Source of the DNA: an archaeon | GTDB lineage: Archaea > Iainarchaeota > Iainarchaeia > Iainarchaeales > GCA-2688035 | Length of the DNA stretch: 64,000 bases | Direction: 5' to 3' | Assembly: GCA_035290965.1 (NCBI GenBank) | Contig: DATDTD010000064.1 | Coordinates: 108-64,107 of the forward strand | Part shown: positions 36,306 through 45,036 of the stretch, piece after piece | Numbering within the stretch: the first letter of the stretch is position 1 | Layout of the letters: each line of letters opens with the position of its first letter | The notes under the pieces: generated by a model | What the model saw: only the letters and a program-made list of their open reading frames with translations | Database searches by the model: none | Told to the model about the DNA's origin: nothing | Made by a program: the position numbers and the translations under genes

Positions 36306-36704
36306 TTAATTTTCTTCAATCAATTTTTTCAACATTTTCAAATTTTTAATTTTCATGGGCGATTCAATTTTTCCATTGACTCCGTTTTCCTCAGAATAAG
36401 TCAAACGCGTGCCTGTGGGAATTGCTTTGTAGCGATAAGAGCAGGAATATTCTCCATTTACCAAATGAAAATCCAATCTTCTGTTCTCAATGAAGCCTGT
36501 TACAACAAGCGCCGTTTGCTTTGCCTCTTTTTTTTCGGCATTTGTCTTTTGGCTGTAAATTGTCCCGATTTTCACAATCGGGTCAGAAGTTTTTTCTTCA
36601 AGCACTGAAGGAATCCACTTCGGAGTGTTTTTCGGATTTAGAGTGAACTGAAAAACAACTGGCACGGGTTTTCTAATGTCAATTGTCAGTGTGTTCTTTT
36701 TCAT
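36306..36704 (-). CDS. SRPBCC/START-like small protein
   Basis: 132 aa. ...I..P...VF.F..NP.N.PKW... is the pattern of AHSA1/polyketide-cyclase-like folds. Confidence 0.5.
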   Translation of the reverse strand: MKKNTLTIDIRKPVPVVFQFTLNPKNTPKWIPSVLEEKTSDPIVKIGTIYSQKTNAEKKEAKQTALVVTGFIENRRLDFHLVNGEYSCSYRYKAIPTGTRLTYSEENGVNGKIESPMKIKNLKMLKKLIEEN

Positions 36705-36756
36705 ACTGAATCAATGGTTTTAACTTTTTAAATGCCTTTCTGAGCTAAGGTGGATT

Positions 36757-36769
36757 AGCGGAAACCTGC
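36757..36769 (+). promoter_or_regulatory. copy 3 of the conserved upstream element (AGCGGAAACCTGC)
   Basis: Lies 58 nt upstream of the ATG at 36815. It is followed by TTTCGGCAGGTTATTTAAAAA, in which AACCTGC/GCAGGTT forms a dyad. Confidence 0.55.
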
Positions 36770-36814
36770 TTTCGGCAGGTTATTTAAAAACGAGCAGCCA
36801 TATCCTTTGTAGTT

Positions 36815-37300
36815 ATGTCTAACAGAAAAGAGGTTTTGGGCAAGCTTTGGGCGCATTTTAATTTCAGCCTGAATTCCTTAGTGGATAGAATAGTTTTGCA
36901 GAAAACTATTTATGTTTTGTCTTATCTCAACTATCCAAATCTTGGCGATTACAAAAAAGATTTTGCAATGTATATTCACGGGCCGTATTCCCCCCTTTTA
37001 GCACACGATGCTTATGACCTTTCGGAAAATCTTAAAATAAAATCCGGTTTTTCAGAAACAGAGGAAGAAAAAGTCAGTTTATTTGAAGAATCCGTAAAGT
37101 TTGCCGCAGAAGGAAATAATAAACTGGAACATTTTATGGCCTGCGAATTGGTTGCAGACATAATCTTTTTGTATTCTAATGAAAAAGTCAGGGATGAAAA
37201 CAAACTTTTTGAAATCTTGAAAGAAAAAAAAACCTATTTTAACGATTCCGCCAAAGTTTTTGCAGTAGCCAATTTTTTAAAAGAGAAAAAAATAATCTAG
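36815..37300 (+). CDS. Panacea (DUF4065)-like protein, candidate antitoxin
   Basis: RIVLQKTIYVLSYL......DFAMYIHGPYSPLLAHDAYDL resembles the LQKLLYfa...f.aw.hGPv.p.vy core of DUF4065. Confidence 0.45.
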   Translation: MSNRKEVLGKLWAHFNFSLNSLVDRIVLQKTIYVLSYLNYPNLGDYKKDFAMYIHGPYSPLLAHDAYDLSENLKIKSGFSETEEEKVSLFEESVKFAAEGNNKLEHFMACELVADIIFLYSNEKVRDENKLFEILKEKKTYFNDSAKVFAVANFLKEKKII

Positions 37301-37311
37301 CGCTGATTCTC

Positions 37312-37842
37312 ATGGGGAGCCGTGATAAATGCAGTTTCGGGCAGAGCGCCCATTGCACAAGGTGCGGCAAAGCCGACAAATGCCAGCTTAAAAAAATATT
37401 GTGTGATACAAATGTTATTTCCGCTGCATTTCTTGAAGAAAAAGAACAGGATATTGCAATGACGTTCTTGGAAAATCACAGGCAAAAACACCTTATCGTA
37501 ATAACAAAAGAAATTCTTGGCGAAATCATTGGGGTTCTTCTGACAAAGTCAGGCAACGATCAATTGGCACTGGACAATATAACTAAGTTTTTAAGCCATT
37601 TAAAAGATTTTATAGTAGAAAGCCCGCCATATTCTGAAGAAGAGTTTAGAGAAGTTCTGAACAAAATTTGGGATTCAAAAGAACTGCGTTGCGGTTATGC
37701 TGACCGCATCCATATCGCAAACGCAATTTTTTCAAAAATAAAATTTTGTACTCTTGAAGAAAAAATACGTGAAGATGCAAAAACAGTGAATGACATAGTT
37801 TCTGAGGAAGGCTATAAATTTGAATTGTACAATTTACATTAG
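37312..37842 (+). CDS. PIN-domain protein, candidate toxin/RNase
   Basis: ILCDTNVISAAFL (first acidic residue), ...EIL.E..., and C-terminal YADRIHIANAI. It starts 11 nt after the preceding ORF. Confidence 0.55.
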   Translation: MGSRDKCSFGQSAHCTRCGKADKCQLKKILCDTNVISAAFLEEKEQDIAMTFLENHRQKHLIVITKEILGEIIGVLLTKSGNDQLALDNITKFLSHLKDFIVESPPYSEEEFREVLNKIWDSKELRCGYADRIHIANAIFSKIKFCTLEEKIREDAKTVNDIVSEEGYKFELYNLH

Positions 37843-37871
37843 AAGTCGAACTAATGTGTCTGGTGTTTTTA

Positions 37872-39665
37872 ATGTCGGGTTTCAGCAAGGGAAAGCAGCG
37901 CGTAGCTGTCATAGATAAAGACAAGTGCATCAACGGCAACGGATGCAATTTTTTGTGCGGTTCTGTATGCCCGGTCAATCGTTCGGGAAAAGAATGCATT
38001 GTCATCGGAGAAGACAACAAGCCGATTATTGACGAAGACCTCTGCACAGGCTGCGGAATCTGCCCTAAAAGATGTCCTGTGCAGTGCATAATTGTAATCA
38101 ACCTTCCTTCGGAAAAAAACACTGTTCCAGTCCACAAGTACGGCAAAAACTCCTTCAGGCTTTTTAATTTGCCCACGCCGAAAAAAAATTCAGTTGTCGG
38201 CCTTTTAGGAAGCAACGGCATTGGAAAAACAACTGCCCTGAGAATTCTTGCCGGGCAGCTGGTTCCGAATTTTGCAGATTTTGAAAATCCAGCTGATTAC
38301 AAAAAAGCAGTTGATTTTTTCAAAGGAAAAGAACTTCAGGCGTTTTTTGAAAGGCTTTCGAAAAAACAGGCAAGGCTTTCCTACAAGCCCCAGAAAATCG
38401 ACGAGATTCCGAGCATTTTCAAGGGAAAAGTAAAACAGTTATTGGAAAAAACAGACGAAAAAAAACAGTTAAAGGAAATCGCAAAAAAACTCGAGATTGA
38501 TTCTATTCTAGGAAACGACATTGCAACTGTTTCAGGAGGGGAACTGCAGAGAATAGCGATTGCCGCCTGCTTCCTGAAAAAAGCGGAAATCTATTTTTTT
38601 GACGAGCCAAGCACTTATCTTGATGTGAGCCAGCGCCTCAAAACAGGCGCTCTGATAAGAAGCCTTCTGGATGAAAATACAAGCGTTTTTGTCGTAGAGC
38701 ACGACCTTGCACTGCTCGATTATCTGAGCGATTACATTGACATTTTTTACGGCAGCAAATCCGCGTATGGAATAGTAAGCGGCTCAAAAAGCGTGCGCAA
38801 CGGAATAAACGAATTTTTGGAAGGCTTTTTGCCGGAAGAAAACCTGCGCTTCCGTGAAAAAGAGCTGCGCTTCAATGTGCATCCTGCAGTTGTTTCAAAA
38901 AAGAAAAGAGTTGTCCTTGAATATCCCGCGCTTGAAAAAAAGCTCGGAAACTTTTTCCTTCACGCGTCACAGGGAAACTTTATGGAAGGCGAAACAATCG
39001 GAGTTCTGGGGCCGAATGCAATTGGCAAAACAACTTTTGTAAAAATGCTTGCGGGAGAAATAAATCCCGACAACACTGCGCTTGATTTCAAAATGAAGAT
39101 TGCATACAAGCCCCAGTACATTCAGGCAGAACAAAATACCCTTGTGAGAGAACTTTTTTCCGCCAAAAAAATAAACTCTGAAATTTTTGAATCAGAGGTA
39201 AACAAAAAGCTCGGCATAAAAAAGTTTTTCGAACAGAATCTTTCCGAGCTTAGCGGCGGAGAACTGCAAAAAGTAAGCATTGCCTATAATCTCTGCCTTG
39301 ACTTTGATTTGCTGCTGCTTGACGAGCCGAGCGCCTTCATGGACATTGAGGAAAGGCTCAGGGTTGCTGACTGTATCCGCGGGATTATTTCAAATACAAA
39401 AAGAATCGCGCTTGTTGTAGACCATGATATTTTGTTTCAGGATTATGTTTCCGACAGGCTAATTGTTTTTTCAGGGGCTCCCGCAAAAAAGGGAACAGCC
39501 TCTGAGGCAATGGAAATGCACAGGGGAATGAATCTTTTCCTGAAAGAAATGAATGTTTCGATGAGAAGGGACGTTAACAGCGGGCGTCCTAGAATAAATA
39601 AATTGGATTCTGTTTTAGACCAAGAACAGAAGAAAAGCGGGGAATACTATTATAAAATAGGTTAA
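37872..39665 (+). CDS. abcE1: ABCE1 / RNase L inhibitor-type ribosome recycling ATPase
   Basis: N-terminal 2x[4Fe-4S] domain (CINGNGCNFLCGSVCP; CTGCGICPKRCP) and two ABC cassettes (GSNGIGKTT/SGGELQR/YFFDEPS and GPNAIGKTT/SGGELQK/LLLDEPS). Confidence 0.95.
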   Translation: MSGFSKGKQRVAVIDKDKCINGNGCNFLCGSVCPVNRSGKECIVIGEDNKPIIDEDLCTGCGICPKRCPVQCIIVINLPSEKNTVPVHKYGKNSFRLFNLPTPKKNSVVGLLGSNGIGKTTALRILAGQLVPNFADFENPADYKKAVDFFKGKELQAFFERLSKKQARLSYKPQKIDEIPSIFKGKVKQLLEKTDEKKQLKEIAKKLEIDSILGNDIATVSGGELQRIAIAACFLKKAEIYFFDEPSTYLDVSQRLKTGALIRSLLDENTSVFVVEHDLALLDYLSDYIDIFYGSKSAYGIVSGSKSVRNGINEFLEGFLPEENLRFREKELRFNVHPAVVSKKKRVVLEYPALEKKLGNFFLHASQGNFMEGETIGVLGPNAIGKTTFVKMLAGEINPDNTALDFKMKIAYKPQYIQAEQNTLVRELFSAKKINSEIFESEVNKKLGIKKFFEQNLSELSGGELQKVSIAYNLCLDFDLLLLDEPSAFMDIEERLRVADCIRGIISNTKRIALVVDHDILFQDYVSDRLIVFSGAPAKKGTASEAMEMHRGMNLFLKEMNVSMRRDVNSGRPRINKLDSVLDQEQKKSGEYYYKIG

Positions 39666-41203
39666 TTTTCCCAAACATTTTTATAGCTGCAAAACGTTTT
39701 GAGAAATTTTGCCAATGTCTGGCTTTGTATTATCTTTTGGTCGCGTGTAGGAGTAATTTTTATTCCAAATGTTTTTTCTATTTTGTTTTCGATTTCTTTA
39801 TTTGTTAGAATTTTTTTTGGGGGCCGTTGAATAACCGTAACCATTGTCTTTTTTGGCGAAAGATATTCAAAAATATTTTTGTCAATTTGGTTTGTTTTTA
39901 ATTTAAATTTAATAAAGTTATGCCCCCGTAATCCAAATTTTACATTATTTTTCGAAGCTTCTTCCAAAATTTCTTTTTTTTTCAAAACTTTTTCATACAG
40001 TTTCAGGGGGGCTGCGAGTTCATTTGTTTCAAATCTCGAATAATTTTTTCTAGATAAATTTAACTCTTGCGAAAATTCTTGTTGGGTTAGTCTTTTTTTT
40101 TTCCTTATTTTTTTAAGTTTTTCTCCAAATCCTTTGATTCTCAAATGTTCAATCAGGGTAATATCGAAGTATTTATTAAAAATGGATTTGTTGTCAAATC
40201 CTAGAAACGCTTCTTTTGCAGTCCCTCTTTTTATGTGATGTTCTAAAATATTTTGTTTTCTTGGATGTGAAAAACCTATTTCTTTGCTGAATTTCATGGT
40301 GTCCTTTGAGTATATTTTTATTCCGGAAATTCCAAGATTGTCAAATACTACTTCGCTGGGTGAAAGTCCAAATCCTATCAGGGCTTTTCTGACCTCTCTT
40401 GTAAAATCAGCATCTGCTGATTTGAATGTAAGGTAATTGTATTTTTCATGTATGTGCCCGTCAGTGTCAAAAAGTCCCCTGACAAATGCTCGTAGGCACT
40501 CGCGGTTTTTTTTGTAAATGGATGGTATTCTCAGCCTTTTTTTTGGAGAAAGCGGAACTTCTAAAAAAATAGTCACAAATTTGGAAATTGGTCTAGAAAC
40601 AACAAGTAATTCAAATTGGTGGTCCCTTCTTCGAATGGGGGCGGGTGATTTTCCGAAAAGCTTGTAAAAGAGGCCACCCACGTATTCAAGAAACTCTTTT
40701 GATGCCTGTAAATTTTCTTCTTTGTGGTGGCCATCATTTATTTTAATCAAGTTTTTGCTTATGTAGCCGTCCCCGAATATTACGCCACAAAGATACGCCA
40801 ATTCAGTGTTTAACAATTGTTTCTTAGTTAGTGGAAGTGAAATTGTTTTATTATTGTAAATTAATACCTTGTTTGTAACGCTCTTTTGGAAAAAATTGTC
40901 TTCTTTTGAGAGAAGACTAACTGCCCTTATGAAACTTACTGGAAAAAAATTAGAGGAAAGCCACTCTTTCAGGGTTTCTAGCCTTACTCTGTATTTGGCG
41001 CACAAGTATTTTTGGTAAAAATCCCTTAAGGCTATAAAGCCTCTTTGTTTGTCTGTTTTTAATATTCTTCTCTTTGTTTTTGGAGAAAAAACTCTTGGAG
41101 CAGATTTTATGTTTTTATTCTTTCCAATCAGGCAAAGCGCGATGTTTAATTTTTCTCCGAAGAACTTCTGCTTTAACAAAGAGTCGTTTTTTATAGAAAC
41201 CAT
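39662..41203 (-). CDS. free-standing double-motif LAGLIDADG endonuclease-like protein fused to an XRE-type HTH
   Basis: LAYLCGVIFGDGYI and LRAFVRGLFDTDGHI are the two LAGLIDADG motifs. The HTH is LKKIRKKKRLTQQEFSQELNLSRKNYSRFETNE. The gene is visibly more AT-rich than its neighbours. Confidence 0.75.
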   Translation of the reverse strand: MVSIKNDSLLKQKFFGEKLNIALCLIGKNKNIKSAPRVFSPKTKRRILKTDKQRGFIALRDFYQKYLCAKYRVRLETLKEWLSSNFFPVSFIRAVSLLSKEDNFFQKSVTNKVLIYNNKTISLPLTKKQLLNTELAYLCGVIFGDGYISKNLIKINDGHHKEENLQASKEFLEYVGGLFYKLFGKSPAPIRRRDHQFELLVVSRPISKFVTIFLEVPLSPKKRLRIPSIYKKNRECLRAFVRGLFDTDGHIHEKYNYLTFKSADADFTREVRKALIGFGLSPSEVVFDNLGISGIKIYSKDTMKFSKEIGFSHPRKQNILEHHIKRGTAKEAFLGFDNKSIFNKYFDITLIEHLRIKGFGEKLKKIRKKKRLTQQEFSQELNLSRKNYSRFETNELAAPLKLYEKVLKKKEILEEASKNNVKFGLRGHNFIKFKLKTNQIDKNIFEYLSPKKTMVTVIQRPPKKILTNKEIENKIEKTFGIKITPTRDQKIIQSQTLAKFLKTFCSYKNVWEN

Positions 41204-41337
41204 TCTTGAATGCAGGGGCGAGCATTATTTAAATATATTTTTATGATACCGTCCCTAGGATAGACCGTCCAAAAACCCAGTCTGATAAAAAATTCCTAAC
41301 CGAAAAATCTCAGGGAATATTATTATCAGTAACTGCC

Positions 41338-41838
41338 TCAGGGGTTTTGTGGGATTTCAATGACTCCCGACTGCAAATCAGTTATTGTTATTTTGCAGGA
41401 ACCGCTTGCAGAGCTTGCGTCAACCCTTTTTTTGAAGGTAACATCTTTTTCAAAGCTCGCGCTGAATCCCGAAAGGCTTTTCGTGCATTTAAGTTTCGTT
41501 GAAACAGTTATGTCAGTTGTGCCGGAAGCCGTTGGGGAGGTATAAGTGCAATTGTCCCCGAAAGAACTGTTTTTTGTGATTAAAAAAGAATTATTTATTG
41601 CGCTTGCGCTGAGTGTAAAATTGCAGCCTGCATCGACAGAGCCTGCAAGTGCCCTGCTTGTTGTCTTGTCAAGCAGATAGCGCGCATTGTTCCACTCGCT
41701 TTTCAGTTCCAGAACCTGCTTTGAAAAGTCAGCAGACGAAACGTTTGCAGTGCTTGTGGTTGAAACAATTATTGCCGCGGCAACAAGTGCAACTGCTGCA
41801 ATTGCAAGCAATGCGCTGAAAATCCCTTTTCTGTTCAT
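41338..41838 (-). CDS. pilin-like protein (class III signal peptide)
   Basis: MNRKG|IFSALLAIAAVALVAAAIIV N-terminus. It is the last gene of a four-gene pilin string. Confidence 0.6.
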   Translation of the reverse strand: MNRKGIFSALLAIAAVALVAAAIIVSTTSTANVSSADFSKQVLELKSEWNNARYLLDKTTSRALAGSVDAGCNFTLSASAINNSFLITKNSSFGDNCTYTSPTASGTTDITVSTKLKCTKSLSGFSASFEKDVTFKKRVDASSASGSCKITITDLQSGVIEIPQNP

Positions 41839-42167
41839 TTTACATCACAATAAACATTTGTCGCTATATCCCCGCTGCCCGGATCGTAAGTGAAATGCTG
41901 TGCACAAAAATAGTATTTTGCATCAGAGGAAACCAGCTCGTTGGGCCCTTGTAACTGCAAAGAGAAAAGCGGGTTTATTTCGTCGTAATTCTTTTTCAAA
42001 TAAAATCCGGCTATCGAAGCATCAGATGCCGTTGTTTTCACTGCTTCAAAGGTTTTTGTTTCAGTTCCCGCAGTGCTTGTGTATAGCATTGCAAGTGCGG
42101 CAATTGCAATCAGAACAACCGCGATTCCGACTGTAGCATCAATGCTGAAAAAAAACGCTTTTTTCAT
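41835..42167 (-). CDS. pilin-like protein (class III signal peptide)
   Basis: MKKAF|FFSIDATVGIAVVLIAIAALAML. Confidence 0.6.
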   Translation of the reverse strand: MKKAFFFSIDATVGIAVVLIAIAALAMLYTSTAGTETKTFEAVKTTASDASIAGFYLKKNYDEINPLFSLQLQGPNELVSSDAKYYFCAQHFTYDPGSGDIATNVYCDVK

Positions 42168-42168
42168 T

Positions 42169-42678
42169 TCACTGCCTCCAGACCGAGATTGTAATTGCTT
42201 TTGGAACTAAACCGCATGTTCCGCTTGCTGTTCCCATGCATATCTCAAGTTCGCTTTTCGGAACAGGTCCCGAGTAAGTGACAACAGCCCTTTGTTCCGC
42301 GAAAACGTTTGCAGGTGCATTTGCTCCCTGCGTTATTGCGGTTCCTGCAAGCAGTATTTGGGTTGTGGAATCAAAAACCCCAAAAGCATAGCCGCTTGGA
42401 ATTCCCAGGCTCGCACTGTTGACTTTGCTGAGGTCAATGCAGTTTGGCAAATGAGTAATTATGCTGCTGTCTGTGCTTGTCAGAGGGCAAGTTATCTGCG
42501 GGCTGCCTGCCAGGAGCATTGAAGCGTTTTTTCCTATTGTTTCAAGCTCGTTCTGTGCAAGCTCCTGTTTCTGCGAGTAAATCCTTGTTTCCGTTGATTG
42601 AATCAATAAGCCTAATCCGAACACTATGATAATCAGCGCAAGCAGCAAATCCAGTGACAATACCTGTGCCTTTTTCAT
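42169..42678 (-). CDS. pilin-like protein (class III signal peptide)
   Basis: MKKAQ|VLSLDLLLALIIIVFGLGLLI. Confidence 0.65.
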   Translation of the reverse strand: MKKAQVLSLDLLLALIIIVFGLGLLIQSTETRIYSQKQELAQNELETIGKNASMLLAGSPQITCPLTSTDSSIITHLPNCIDLSKVNSASLGIPSGYAFGVFDSTTQILLAGTAITQGANAPANVFAEQRAVVTYSGPVPKSELEICMGTASGTCGLVPKAITISVWRQ

Positions 42679-42682
42679 TGTT

Positions 42683-43081
42683 TCACCCGTTAATTACAAG
42701 AATTTCCCCGCAATCTGTTGGCAGCGAGGGAACAGTTGTTCCCTGAGGCACTGGGGTTTTTTCCTCAATGCCTCCCAAACTTGCAACGATTTCATTTCCA
42801 ATCAAGCTTAGAGTGCATTTTTGCGAGCCTGTTCCCGGCTTTGCAATCATTGGAATGTTATATTCAAGCGAATAAGTTCCGTCGCCAAGTGCCTGCGCGG
42901 AAGCAACCAATTGTGCGGCATTGAGAGAGATTTCTTTCAGCTGAATCCTTACTGCAGTGTCTTCCTGCAGGGAAACAACCTGGCTGCTCAGGATTGTGAG
43001 GCTGTAAAAAAAGATTATTGCAAAGAGAATAGTGAAAAGAGCGTCAAGGCTCAGCTGGGCTTTTTTTGATTTGTGCATCAT
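42683..43081 (-). CDS. pilin-like protein (class III signal peptide)
   Basis: MMHKSKKAQ|LSLDALFTILFAIIFF. Confidence 0.65.
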   Translation of the reverse strand: MMHKSKKAQLSLDALFTILFAIIFFYSLTILSSQVVSLQEDTAVRIQLKEISLNAAQLVASAQALGDGTYSLEYNIPMIAKPGTGSQKCTLSLIGNEIVASLGGIEEKTPVPQGTTVPSLPTDCGEILVING

Positions 43082-43123
43082 AGCATATGGAGTTTCAGTT
43101 ATTTAAAATTTGTGCTGTGAGTA

Positions 43124-44671
43124 TTATTTTTTTATCAGGCTGTGGCCTGTCATTTCCTTGGGTTTTGGAAGCCCCATTACTTCAAGAATTGTGGGAGCGA
43201 CATCGCTCAGGCCGCCTTTCTGCATTTTTGCTTTTTTCAATTTTGCGTCATTGCTGATTAGAATAAATGGAACTGGATTTGTCCCGTGGCTCGGCTTCGG
43301 CTCTCCGTTGGGGTAAAACATTGTTTCAATGTTTCCATGGTCTCCTGTAATCATGCAGGAATATCCCTTTTCAAGCGCAAGGGAAACAATTTTTCCAAGG
43401 CATTCATCAACTACTTCACAGGCCTTTATTCCTGCTTCAAACTTTGCGGAATGTCCCACAAGGTCGCCGTTCGCAAAGTTTATTGCAATGAAATCATATT
43501 TTTGCTTTTCAATTTCAGGCAGAAGCTTTTCAGTTATTTCAAAAGCAGACATTTCCGGCTTTTCGTCATAGGAAGGGACTTTTGGGCTTGGAACTAAAAT
43601 CCTGTCTTCTCCCTCAAAAGGCTCTTCGAGCTGGCTGTTGAAAAAGAAAGTCACGTGCGCGTATTTTTCAGTTTCCGCAATGCGCAATTGCTTCAACCCG
43701 TTTTCTGAAAGAATCTGCCCCAAATTTTTTGTTACTTTCTGGGGCTCAAACGCAAAAGGCAAATCAAGTGCCTCATCATACCTGCTCATGCACACAAAAG
43801 CAATGTCAAGCTTTTTTCCCCTGTCGAATTCATTAAAGTCCTTGTTTGTAAGCGCGTAAGTCAATTGGCGTGTCCTGTCGCTCCTGAAATTCCAGAATAT
43901 TACGGAATCCCTGTCCTTTATTGTCGCAATCGGCTTTCCAGAAGAATCAACAATTACAATTGGCTGTACGTAATAATCTGTTTTGTCTCCGCGCGCATAT
44001 GCGTTTTCAATTGCCTTCAAAGTGTCGGTTTCCTTTATTCCTTCTCCGAAAACAAGCAGCCTGTAGGCCTTTTCCGTTCTTTCATAATTCTTGTCCCTGT
44101 CCATTGCATAATATCTCCCGTTTATTGTGGCAATTTTTCCCACGCCGATTTTTTTGGATTCTTTTTCGAATTCCTCAAAATATTTTTTCGCGCTTTTTTC
44201 GGGAACGTCTCTCCCGTCCAAAAACGGGTGCACGAAAACCTTTTCGATTTTGTTTTTTTTCGCAAGCTCAAGCAATGCATACAAATGCGCTGTCATTCCG
44301 TGTATTCCCTCATCTGAAAATAATCCCATGAGATGCAATGCGGAATTGTTTTTTTTGCAGTTGTTTATTGCAATCATTAACGCGGGATTTTTGAAGAATT
44401 CTTTGGAACGGATTTCCCTGTTAATGAATTCCAATGGCTGCCAGACAATTCTTCCTGCTCCCATTGTCAGATGCCCGGGTTCAGAGCCTCCCTGGGTTCC
44501 TTCGGGAAGCCCGACTGCATTGCCCATGCACTGCAGAATTGTCATTGGAAAATTTTTTTCATAATAATCATTGTTGGGAACCTTTGCAGCCTTTACGGCG
44601 TTTCCCTTTACTTCTTCACTGTAGCCCCAGCCGTCCCTTATAATCAGAATAACCCTGTTTTTCGGTTTCAT
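43124..44671 (-). CDS. gpmI: 2,3-bisphosphoglycerate-independent phosphoglycerate mutase
   Basis: VILIIRDGWG, GGSEPGHLTMGAGR, and C-terminal ITGDHGN...HG.NPVPF. Confidence 0.9.
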   Translation of the reverse strand: MKPKNRVILIIRDGWGYSEEVKGNAVKAAKVPNNDYYEKNFPMTILQCMGNAVGLPEGTQGGSEPGHLTMGAGRIVWQPLEFINREIRSKEFFKNPALMIAINNCKKNNSALHLMGLFSDEGIHGMTAHLYALLELAKKNKIEKVFVHPFLDGRDVPEKSAKKYFEEFEKESKKIGVGKIATINGRYYAMDRDKNYERTEKAYRLLVFGEGIKETDTLKAIENAYARGDKTDYYVQPIVIVDSSGKPIATIKDRDSVIFWNFRSDRTRQLTYALTNKDFNEFDRGKKLDIAFVCMSRYDEALDLPFAFEPQKVTKNLGQILSENGLKQLRIAETEKYAHVTFFFNSQLEEPFEGEDRILVPSPKVPSYDEKPEMSAFEITEKLLPEIEKQKYDFIAINFANGDLVGHSAKFEAGIKACEVVDECLGKIVSLALEKGYSCMITGDHGNIETMFYPNGEPKPSHGTNPVPFILISNDAKLKKAKMQKGGLSDVAPTILEVMGLPKPKEMTGHSLIKK

Positions 44672-45036
44672 TCCACCACTTCCAGTTCAATCCGCTTTCC
44701 ATCCGCATTGTACGCGGCAATATTGCCAATATTGAAGGGATAAGAGATTATTAAATTAATTTTTCCCGTTTTTTTGAAAAACCTTTTGTCCTCGGAACTG
44801 TGATTGTTGTTCGGAGAGGGATGCGAATGAATGCTTCCCACAATGCTCCTGTCAAAGGGCACGAGATTCAAATCTATTGAAGAAAAAGTATCTCCGAAAA
44901 GAGAAGGCAGTACCACAAGCTCGTCTATCACATTGTTTTTTCCTTTGCTGCCTAACATTGCAATGAATTCCTTCGGAAAAACATTCCTTGAAGCAATTGC
45001 AATTGATTCAGCTGTCGCTCTTTTTATTGCAGCCAT
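44668..45036 (-). CDS. JAB/MPN (JAMM) metalloprotease-domain protein
   Basis: GSIHSHPSPNNNHSSEDKRFF matches HxHx7Sx2D, with an upstream Glu (PKEFIAM). Confidence 0.75.
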   Translation of the reverse strand: MAAIKRATAESIAIASRNVFPKEFIAMLGSKGKNNVIDELVVLPSLFGDTFSSIDLNLVPFDRSIVGSIHSHPSPNNNHSSEDKRFFKKTGKINLIISYPFNIGNIAAYNADGKRIELEVVE

